Assembly: GCF_032062105.1 (NCBI RefSeq)
Contig: NW_026928083.1
Coordinates: 62,001-126,000, forward strand
From: Saccostrea cucullata
Lineage: Eukaryota
Length of the DNA: 64,000 nt
Reading direction: 5' to 3'
Below the pieces are notes generated by a model. The model was not told where the DNA came from, ran no database searches, and worked only from the letters and a program-made list of their open reading frames with translations. Each line of letters opens with the position of its first letter. Position 1 is the stretch's first letter. Positions 51,001-61,306 of this stretch are shown here, one piece after another. The position numbers were made by a program, and so were the translations under genes.

Positions 51001-54000
51001 TCTGAAACTTGGCAGAGGAGTCAAACACAGCTCTAATTTGCGACAGCTTTTTAGGGTGGTACACCCCGAAAATGGGTAGATACCAACACTCTTCTTTTTC
51101 TTTAAGAGGGGGTGCGATTTCTGCATGGTTGATGTCAAATATCTTTTTCATGAAGGACATGAAATGCTCTTGTTTTGTTGGGTCTTTCTGGAGACTGATA
51201 TCCAGATTTTGTGCTCGCTTGAGTGCGTAAGATCTGTTGTTTGGTAGCGGTTGTCGCTTTTCTCTAAATGACAATGGCGCTTCCCAATTACCTTCAAAAC
51301 TAAGATGAACATCTTGATCCATAGCTCTGATGAAGTCCTTATCGTCTACCGAGAGACCAACTGTATCATCATCCTTTCATTTCATGAAAATAGAAGAATC
51401 CAGATCTCGTGAATAGTGACCAGTATCTTTATTGTGGACTTCTACGTGTATGTTATTGGGACATGGCTGAAACATGGATGTCCTCCCGTTAGGAAGCAGG
51501 TAAGTTTTGTTCACTACAACTGAGTTTGGACGATGAACTTTGTTTAAACAAGATTCACCTACTATCACCCAACCCAATGTAAGTCTCTGCGCAAAGGGTG
51601 AATTTCTAGGACCTGTTCGCGGTTCTGCTACATGGTGTGCCTCTGGAATATCACGGCCAATCAAGATGAGAATCGGAACATTTTCATTAACTTCAGGTAT
51701 GTCGTCTGCAATGTTCTGAAGGTGAGTATATGATTTCGCTACCTCTGGTGTAGGTTTTTCATTCCGGATGTCTGGAATGTGGTTGCATTCTATGACAATG
51801 GGTATGTCAACTGATGATGATCCATCGAGAGATGAAACAGTGAGATTTAGGGCTTGTCTGCCTAGCATGTCAGTAACTCCAGAACAGGAAGTTAACTGAT
51901 AGTCAGTCATTTCACTTTCAATATAAAGCTGATCAAAGACTTCTGACTTTACTAGTATTCTGTTGCTTTGATCGTCTATTATTGCGTATGCCTTTAGTGT
52001 CTTACTTGGATCGTGGGTTTGGTGTAAGTTTACCAAAACTACTTTAGCACACGATTTCCCTGAGAATCCATCTCTGCATACCTGAGTGCATGCTGACGTT
52101 GTAGAATTATCACCCGTCTTCTCCCCACCATGCAAGACTGTGCGTGTTCCGATGTGAAGAGCTGATGGATGAGAGTGGCCTCCACACTGAGAACAACGAA
52201 TCTGAGCTGTACACTCCTTATACTTGTGTTCATCAGAATTACAGCATTTGAAACAAATCTTGTTGTCCCGCAAAAAACGTTTACGTTCCTCAAATGACTT
52301 GTCTCTGAAACCACGACAGTCATTCAGACTATGATTAGCTTTGTGAAGGGGACACACTGTACTAGTTGACTTCAAATTTTCTGAATTCTGCGTGACTCCG
52401 GTTTTCTTTGTGTCGATCCATTGTTTCACTTGATTGTTTCTCTGACCAACCTTTTCTTTCACTGTGTAAGAATTTGTTGCATTCTCAGTGGTGTACATGA
52501 ATCCAGGGTCATTTCTCATTTTGCTGATATCTTTCATGAATGAAACGAAACATGTGAATGGTGGGAAAACAACAGCATGTTGTTGTTTGTATTTGTACGC
52601 ATGAGTAATCCACTTCTCCTGAATGTTGTGTGGAAGCTTACACAGTATGGGCGCTATACCAGAAGAAGAATTGAAGTGGCTCAACAGACTTCTGTACTTT
52701 GGACTAGACATCAGTGACTCAATCTCACAAAGTAAGTCTAACAAATTATATAATTTCACATTGTCTCTGTTAGTGAGTTTAGGGAATGAAGACAATTTTG
52801 ACATCAACACAGATTCTAGCAGTTCAGGACTACCATATCGTTCGTCTAGACGTTCCCAGATTCTCTTAAGGGCTTCTGAGGGATCTGACACATTTGCTGA
52901 CCTGATGCTTGTGGCGTATTTCAATGGAGCTGGTCCGAGCCATTTTGTGAGGAGATCTAGTTCTTCGGTTTTTGTTGTTTCCAATTCTTTTATTATTTCT
53001 TGAAATTGCGCCTTCCAGAATATGTATGTTTGTGGCTGGTCATCAAATCGAGTAAGTCGAGATATGAGCAAGTCTTTCTTCAAAAGAAACTGAGTAAAGT
53101 AATTTATTTGGTCATGTCCATTCGCTGAAGTATCTGGAATATTTGGCTGTCTATGAAGAAAAGCTCTATCTTGTAAAGTAAATTCAGGAAAACGTGGTTG
53201 CCTTGGAAGAAAGGCTGGCGCGTATGCATTCAGTTCGGCTGCTGGTTTCGTTTCCGCCTCACGATTTATGACCGACTGTTCATGAATATAACGTTGGGTT
53301 CTCTCCATTGGGTCAATGGGTCTCAAAGCTTCCAATCTCTCCAAATCTCGCAGCATTGGTTTTCCATCTTCATTCTCTAGTGCTTCTGCTTCTGCTTTTG
53401 TTGCTGCTACTTCCTGTTTGGTGTTTAGGAGTCTCAATTCAGCTTCGAGTTCTTTTTGTTTCCTCAAGGATGCAGCTCGAGCTACTTCTTCTTGTTCAGC
53501 AATAACTGCTTTCTGTTTCAGTATTGATGTCTCTTGTTGTACAAAGTCTAGTCGAACTTTCGCTGCCTCTGCTTTAGCACGCATACGAGCAAGTTGTGAT
53601 GATGAATTCGAACTATGAGTGTTTTTTGATTGTGTTGATCTAGAGATTCTTGAACGACGTGAAGCGTATTCTAGTGCTGCTTGACGTGATTCGTTGATTT
53701 TGTCTATCACAGACATCACAGATTCCTTACATTTCTGCATGAATGAGGAGTGTTCTTGATTCTCTTTGATACTCTCTTCTGTTCTTGCCCTTGTCAGGAG
53801 TGACACAAATTTTGCGGAAGTTGAGCAATATTCTGCATAGGCTTTTGAAAGGTCACTTTCAAATGTGTTCAAGTAATCTAAGTTTGTGATGTTACTACTG
53901 AAGGAAGAGATAAGGTTTTCAACAACTGCCCATTGAGCCTCTGACTTTGTCTTATAATCTTCACGTTCCTCGTTGAAGAGTTCTGCCGCCTTTTCAGTCA

Positions 54001-54076
54001 TAGTTCGAATCCGTTTAGAATCCTCAGGATTGAACTCGCTCTCCATTGTTGAAATTGTGTAAGACATTAGATCCAA
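48048..54076 (-). pseudogene. BEL/Pao gag-pol polyprotein with one in-frame TGA (51379-51377) and one frameshift (~48658)
   Basis: Three Zn knuckles (CPLH..H..C, CFKCC..H..C, CSQC..H..H), protease IIDDQS, RT FYVDDG, RNase H FSDAS/YTDS, integrase HHCC + GLDTFG/SDRGSNF/WERMI. Confidence 0.92.
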
Positions 54077-54156
54077 TTATAGTGATCGACGTTTCCTTTC
54101 TGAGTGACGATCAAATGTGAATCTCTAAGTCCATGCTGTGGGAACAATCTTTTTAC

Positions 54157-54765
54157 TGTTCTGTCTTGGGCACAGAAAGTTTCAACCAGTTCATTCAACA
54201 ATTGACTTTTATTGAATAAATCAGGTAAAAAGCTACAATAAAAAAAGGGCACATTCAAAATGGTTGTTTTCTATTGACAAACTCTTAGTTCAACTTAAAT
54301 ATGTAAAATGATATTGACACAAATGGCGTTCCATAATGATAAATCTTGACAAAATCGCGGGAATAGGAAAACACTTAATGTAAATAAATTCCTTACACAA
54401 TTAACATTTATGATATACAAATATAAGATCTGATAAGAAAAACAAGAACTACAGAGTTAAATCCTATAAAAATAAACCAAAAATTGCGCTGATGAAAGTA
54501 ACATGTTGACAACATAACCGACCGTAAATTATCCGTATGCAATTTTCTGACTATAAAAACTTGCTGTAATAACACTCATTTTACTTAAACAACATAATAA
54601 TATCAATAAATGGTAAATAAATGGTAAATACATACATTGTTGTGGCATACAAGTTTCAAAACGGAAAGTTCCGAGTGTGGCGCTTACACGTGTTTACTTA
54701 TAACAAAGGGAGGTAATTCTATTTTATACATATGGAACGCAATACCTGTAATGAAATCCACCACA
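54157..54765 (-). repeat. 5' LTR of BEL/Pao element
   Basis: Near-identical to 47290-47900; upstream of gag on the minus strand. Confidence 0.95.
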
Positions 54766-55056
54766 GTCTTCCAAATATCAATGACGTTATGTGACGTAAT
54801 TCAGCGTTTTACAGCGTTATCCTTTTAGCATTGCATTATTTTCATTTGGAGTTTTAATTACAATTTAGAAGGTATATAATGAAATATTTGATATCAAAAT
54901 ATTCAGAAAGACAAGCTCTTTCAGAAACGGCGAAAAAACGATTTTCGAAAATTTGGTCACGAAGGTCCCTTTTCGCTTGACGCAACTCAAATGTATGAGA
55001 ATATATCTATTCAATACATAAGTAAGACGTATAAATATTTATTCTCTGAAAATTTT

Positions 55057-55126
<70 letters not shown>

Positions 55127-55695
55127 TTGGCAAACAAAGGGGGGTTTCAACCCCCGGACCCCCCCCCCTCTTCTAGATCCGCTAATCAGCAATCACGCAA
55201 CGAACAGCTGACAAACACTTCGGCGTTGTCTCAATTATAAGCTGTCACCAGTGTCTCCGTGTTTTCATCATAAATTGCCTTTATTTATCGAAATAGTAAA
55301 TTGAATGTAATTTTATCAAATTTAATACTTGATAGCAATTTAAGTGACTCGATGAAGTGTTTCCATCTGTCAGATCATCCATCTCTTTCCGGCGACCAAA
55401 ATTCCTTTTTATCATCGACAATCGCACCTGTTTTAATGTCTTTTCAGCACTGATTATCAATTTTCACGAAATATAAATTCCCAGACAACAATCTTTTTAC
55501 TATTACTGATCACAAGTAGCCTTTCACAAAATATTCCCTTCGAAAAAGAATCCTTCACATGGTAAATTCGAAGCGTATCCGACAATCAAGCCGATTTCCA
55601 CCTTGCGCCATTTTTCAAAATCTACGACGAACGGTTAGTGCAACAATTAATATTCAAAAATATTCAATAGTCTGCAGCTGTCTCAAAGGTATATA

Positions 55696-56948
55696 TACTG
55701 AAGGGAAAAAGAAACGCAGGGTAAACTTTTGAGGTGAATTGAATTAGTTTTTCTCAAAATACTTTTTAGTTTTCCTATCTAACTTTTAAAATCATCTTTC
55801 AAAAAGATATAACCAAATTCTAGGTTGATTTTGTGTAATTATTCATTAGTTATTGAAGCTCAAATGACGATACCCCCCAAAAAGGAAAATTTAAAACTCT
55901 CATTATCTTCAATATCCATCTCGTGCATCTGTCAGAGTCTTATTTCTCCTTTGAATGGAATTTCATCAGAGTGTTTATCTTTTAAACCCTGGCTATATTT
56001 AACATGGGTAACCACGCAAAGAAAAAATAAGTCAAACGACGCGCGCATGCGCCAGAGAGAGGAATACACCCGTAAGTTGACTGGCTCAAAAAACCAAATT
56101 GCATAATTGTTTTCTTTCAAATTTCGTGATAACAACGTGTTTGTTCACAAATCTTGTTGCATTATTTGATGCAGATGAGGTATGCACATCGTTTTTCAAT
56201 ATTAAGAGACATTATGAATCCCTTGCACTCTTGGCACAGTTTACGGGAGGTCAATGGGGTCTTGTTTTCGAATTGCCGAATTAATGAAAAGGGCAACAAC
56301 GGTTTACTAAGAAGTTTCTTGTAATTTTTCCCCATTAAACTTGTAACCTGTTGTCAGAGAGGGTCTGGAATGGTTTTCAATCAACCGTGACGATGACGTT
56401 AACGCCAAACAGAACCATGTTGCGAGCGGGTTATTCGTCCTGCCATCTCTTAAATCGCCACCTTATTACCATAAAAATAGCCATTTATATAGTAGACGAT
56501 TATAATCATTACATTCGTACGAAATTTGAAAGAAAACCATTCCACAACTTGATTTTATGAGCCAGTCAACTTACTGTTCTATTCCTCTCACTGGCGCATG
56601 CGTGCGCCGTTTGATTTATGTTTTTGCGTGGTTTCCTATGCCAAATATAGCCAGGGTTTGAGAGATAAACACTCTAATGAAATTCCATGCAAAGGAGAAA
56701 TAAGGCTCTGACAGATGCACGGGAAAGACTTTGAAGAAAATGAGAGTTTTCGATTTTCACTTTTGGGGGGTATCGTCATTTGAGCTTCAGTAACTCATGC
56801 ATTATTAGACAAAATCAAATGGGAATTTGATTATATCTTTTTTGAAAGATTGTTTAAAAAGTTAGATATATAAACTTAAACATATTTTAAGAAAAACAAA
56901 TTTAATTCACCTCAAAAGTTTACCCTGCGTTTCTTTTCCCTGTCAGTA
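55696..56948. mobile_element. Foldback MITE with ~430-bp TIRs and TA TSD (Tc1/mariner-type)
   Basis: TA|TACTG..GAAACGCAGGGTAAACTTTTGAGGTGAATT mirrored at the right end as CAGTA|TA. The arms extend to ~56127 and ~56519. Confidence 0.85.
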
Positions 56949-58955
56949 TAATTATTTTTATTTAAGACCAATAATATAAGACCAAAACTTATCCAAAATT
57001 ACGCCATGCATATGTCAAAATTAAATGTCTTCATGTACAACACGGCAATATGCTAAAAGATATGCTGCATGAACATATATAAAGGGCTTTAGAATTTTAG
57101 GGTTTTAATTTTTTTCTAATCGATTGAAAGATCAATCAATCAGTGAAACTTAGCAGAAGGATATGGAAATAACGAACAGTATATAATCTCAACGTCCATT
57201 AAACAAATATACAACATAAGAGCAGAGCAAACACGGTTTTGCAGATGAATTCGTGAAGAGGTTGGTTAATACTCAGCTTTCAAGGTTTATATTTCTAAAT
57301 AGTTTTCGCCTATTTCTTTTTCTTCATTGGACTGATTAAGGGCTTGGGTTAGTATAATATTTTCTTTCCTTATGTCTCCACTGTTTTCGTCTGAATTTAA
57401 TATCAATTATATTCAACTGGGTTGTTAAGTTATGATGTTTATATGAATATTTGTTCACTGTAGAGAAAAAGATCTATAAAAAAAAATTATTTTTCTAAAA
57501 ACGAAAGTAGGAATAATGTGTGGAAAACCCCCAATTAATTGTTTTGTCATAAATATATTTTGACCTCGCCAAATATCGGATAATTTTATAAAAAAAACCC
57601 ATGGATATCAATCTAGGTACATATACTACAGTAACATCATATTTAAGGCTTGTAAAAAATTAAATGCCGACCATTTCTACAAAATCAACAGTACTTGAGT
57701 ATCTCATTTGAAATGTATTTTGTACTTCAGGTTTTTACACTAACATCGATATCCTATCAAACACTAAATAAGAAACCCTAAGAGAAACACAATCTGATTG
57801 ATGATTCTCGGTTTTAGAAGAAGGCGTATAAATTATATCGATTAAAATTCGTCAGGGATCAACCAACCATAAGTGGACTCAGGACCTCTTAAGTTGCAAG
57901 CATATGCTGACTTCTACAGTCGACGTCTTACACTTTTTAATAGGGAAGCTCTTTTTAACTTTAAAGGAAAGATTGATTCAAAGTTGGCCTTATGCTATTT
58001 TCTGACAATAATCTGACGATTAGCGTTCAAAGTTTGATGATAATGATTTAAATCACAGGTATATCATAGTAATGACAAAATAAAACTCCAAAAAGGAGTC
58101 CATCAACAAACAATTAGGAGAAAAGCATGCTAAATATGCCCTGGTTTGGAAATTCAAATTGATATTAAGGAATAAACTTATAATTGAGATTACAGATAAC
58201 TTGAATTCGATTCACTCGATAGAAAAAATAATAAAGAATACAGATTTTGCTACTATAAATCATAGTGCTGAGTGCACTTTGATATCCTATAACCGGTCGG
58301 CAGGGGATGCTCACTCCTCCATGACACTTGATCCCACCTCTGATGTTTCGGAGGTCTGTGTTTGCTCTGCTCTTGTTTTGTATATTTGTTTAATGGACGT
58401 TGAGATTGAACACTGTTCTTTATTTCCATATCCTTCAATTAGGCAATAGTCTACTTTAAATCAAATGAATTGAATTACAATAAATGTACTTGGGCCTTAT
58501 TCTGTCGTTGAAAATCTGATTGGAAATATGATGGATTACATAGATGTTCAAGCATACGATCAAACAGCTATTGTTTCCAAACTTTAACATTTTTACAATA
58601 AAGTAGTGGACTTCTCATGACAATTTTCTTATCATTTCAAATGTTAAATCAAATTTACTGAATATACTTACCTATAAGCTGACTTTTTTACGGATTTAAC
58701 TTTGGTCCAAAACGAAAATTTAAAATAAAAAAAAAATAAAAACAAAACGTGAGCATAATTTTCCAAAGCCATAAATAGAAGAAATTTAGCTTGATATATA
58801 TTTTATCTTTTTATATTATCATTAAGCTGTCTTACTTGAATTAAGTGCAGATGTTATTCATTCAATTTTAGAAGGCTGTCTCAAATGACTTAGACGTCGA
58901 CCCTCCACGTCATGAATACCAAATGATTCAGTACCCGATTTAAAGTGCATCATCA

Positions 58956-60557
58956 GTGTTCACAATGTCGGTAAACACACGTTACTACTGTAAAACCTGT
59001 AAATACGATCTGTGTCCTCAGTGTAAAGAAAGCCATTTCTTTGATCTTGATACAATATGTCATGATGTTGTTATTTACCCTTCAATCATAGTAGAAGAGA
59101 CCTGCACGAAACACCCAGAAAAAATCTATGTACTGTACTGCATTTGGTGTGGGCTTCCTTCTTGTGTCATGCGTGAAGAACACAAAAATCATAATACAAT
59201 AGATATTAAAACAGCTCATAAAACTTATCTCCAGCAAGAAAGAGACATTTTCAACAACTTAAGGAGTGATATTCTCTTTAACAGATGTCATCTTCTCACA
59301 GGAATCAAAAGCGATTTAAACATTTGTCACACAGAAATCTCGAACGTCCGCTCACAGATGTCAAAAAAAGCCAAAAGACTAAAACGACTAATTGACACCA
59401 TAATATTGGATATTAAAATCGAACGGAAAAGCTTCATTTGTAAAACACAGCAACAGATTAGAAAAATGGTCAGCTATCTAGCTTTCATAGAAAAATATCA
59501 CTGTATAAATGAACAATCAGTGAAAAGATCTGTGAAATTTCTATTATTCCTGAAGAAGACGTATGTCCCTAAAATAGAAGTGATTCCTTATGTTCATGTA
59601 CTGTTTTCCAAGCCGATTGACGAAATCAGTGTGAGTGGTGAGATTAAGTTACTTAATAAAATCCAAATCATAGAGACAGGGAAAAGACAAATAAGGAATG
59701 AGTGCTTTTTAAAACTAATGTCTTCACCGGTGTTAATCAGAACTGTCACAGTGTTAGGTGTAACAAGTGTGACACACATTTCCTGCGTTGCACCAGACTG
59801 GGTCTGGGTTAGTGATAATAAAAATCTCCTTTTAACAAACACAGCAGGTGACACTCTGCATTGCTTGCTAGACGGACGTAAAAGTTACTGGGGTGTTCAT
59901 ACAATAAACATTCATTTCGATCTTATTTATATAGATAAATGTTATAACATTTGCAAGCTGTCTAACGATAATAGAACAAAGTCTACATTGAAAACACGAG
60001 TAAATAAATTAGACCCATGGATTCCACAGTGTGTCTACTGCTCCCTCATCACTGGCGATTTATTAGTTGGGATGTGGGATACAAATACATGGACTGGCAA
60101 GATAGTTCGGTACAACAACGGTGGACAACACATACAAACCATACTATACAGTAACACTGGTCGGGAATTGAATAGTTTGCCTAGATGTATCTCAGAAAAC
60201 AGAAATGGAGATGTTGTTGTTTCTGACTTACTTCTTGATGCTGTGGTAGTGACAGACCGTGAGGGAAAGCATCGATTCTCCTACACAGCACCGCCACCAA
60301 TGTCAAGACTATCACCACGTGGAATCTGTACTGATGTCCTATCACACATACTGGTCTGTGATTTCAACACAAACACAATACACATGATTGACAAGGACGG
60401 TAAATTTCTGTCCTTGATATTGACAGAACAGCATGGGATATGCGAACCACAGAGCCTTAGTTACGACGACAAAGCTCATCTTCTAATGGTTGGGTCACGG
60501 AACAGCAACAGAATGCGTACATATAGATACTTGAACAGACAGCCTTTAAATTATTAA
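58956..60557 (+). CDS. RING-less TRIM-like protein: two B-boxes, coiled coil, NHL-like beta-propeller; N-terminus probably frameshifted
   Basis: YCKTCKYDLCPQC..H..H and CTKH..CIWC..C..EHKNH; NHL-like repeats PRCISENRNGDVVVSD, PRGICTDVLSHILVCD, IDKDGKFLS. The first CSQC pair lies in a different frame just upstream. Confidence 0.8.
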   Translation: MFTMSVNTRYYCKTCKYDLCPQCKESHFFDLDTICHDVVIYPSIIVEETCTKHPEKIYVLYCIWCGLPSCVMREEHKNHNTIDIKTAHKTYLQQERDIFNNLRSDILFNRCHLLTGIKSDLNICHTEISNVRSQMSKKAKRLKRLIDTIILDIKIERKSFICKTQQQIRKMVSYLAFIEKYHCINEQSVKRSVKFLLFLKKTYVPKIEVIPYVHVLFSKPIDEISVSGEIKLLNKIQIIETGKRQIRNECFLKLMSSPVLIRTVTVLGVTSVTHISCVAPDWVWVSDNKNLLLTNTAGDTLHCLLDGRKSYWGVHTINIHFDLIYIDKCYNICKLSNDNRTKSTLKTRVNKLDPWIPQCVYCSLITGDLLVGMWDTNTWTGKIVRYNNGGQHIQTILYSNTGRELNSLPRCISENRNGDVVVSDLLLDAVVVTDREGKHRFSYTAPPPMSRLSPRGICTDVLSHILVCDFNTNTIHMIDKDGKFLSLILTEQHGICEPQSLSYDDKAHLLMVGSRNSNRMRTYRYLNRQPLNY

Positions 60558-60633
60558 CTTAAATTGTTGATATTTTAAATGATACATGTAAAAGTTCTTT
60601 AGACATAGGATTATCTGACGAGCATGCAATTGT

Positions 60634-60845
60634 TACCGTATAAGCAGAATTTTTAGCGAGGATTTAATTTTGGCATTATTAGCGAGGGTGCTGAGATCGC
60701 TAAAATTAATTGCAGTTTATTTGATATAGCTTCTTAAGTGAGCATTTTTAAATCGCTTAAATTATATCTCGTTAAGAATAAATTACCAGTTTTTAAGGAC
60801 AAATTGCTAAATTTACGTCTTGCTAAAATTTCCACTTATACGGTA
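60634..60845. mobile_element. Short Tc1/mariner-like MITE
   Basis: TACCGTATAAG..CTTATACGGTA termini with internal TAGCGA/TCGCTA repeats. Confidence 0.7.
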
Positions 60846-61144
60846 TTTGTTTCAATTCGTCTCATCCATAGCAGATATATTTACATTTGCAAATGTTTTC
60901 CTTTATATAACACTACTGAAAGCAATGCGTATCTATAACTGTATAAATACAGGTACGGGGTCAAGAGGTCATAGATTTGCGTGTAGATAAACGTTCGACG
61001 TAATTTCTCTGTGACGTCATAAAAGGTCGACGCGCATTCAGTTGATGACATACATGCCGTTGGGTTTTGAAAGATAACGCATTTCACACGTTAAAAGTCA
61101 CAATCAGGCAAATATGAAGTATGAATAAGTCACAAATGTTAATA

Positions 61145-61306
61145 TAAGTAATAAGGTATCATTTTAAAACATCTATCGGGCTATAAATACGGGTTGGTAC
61201 GAGATTAAATTCATCATAAAGCCCTTCGGGCTTTATGGAATTTAATCTCGTGACCAACCCGTATTTATATCCCGATAGATGTTTAAGAATGATACCTTAT
61301 TTCTTA
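61145..61306. repeat. 162-bp near-perfect hairpin (Crypton-like) with a CTTCGG loop
   Basis: AAGGTATCATT..ATCTATCGGG..TAAATACGGGTTGG..CATAAAGCCC-TTC-GGGCTTTATG, mirrored. Confidence 0.75.

Larger units (their letters stand above)
47290..54765 (-). mobile_element. Full-length BEL/Pao LTR retrotransposon
   Basis: TG..CA LTRs at 47290-47900 and 54157-54765 (~98% identical by eye). PPT AGGTGGGGAG next to the 3' LTR. Domain order Gag-PR-RT-RH-INT. Confidence 0.95.

Noticed and set aside
51377-51379. Programmed readthrough or Sec at the in-frame TGA of the BEL polyprotein
   Set aside because: It lies downstream of the protease rather than at a gag/pol boundary, BEL elements normally have a single ORF, and the copy also has a frameshift; most likely a nonsense mutation.
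54991-55192. Short ORFs with SLSL/ERER runs, and other 60-130-aa ORFs in the track
   Set aside because: These are microsatellite translations, antisense shadows of real ORFs or repeat-derived frames with no recognisable domain.
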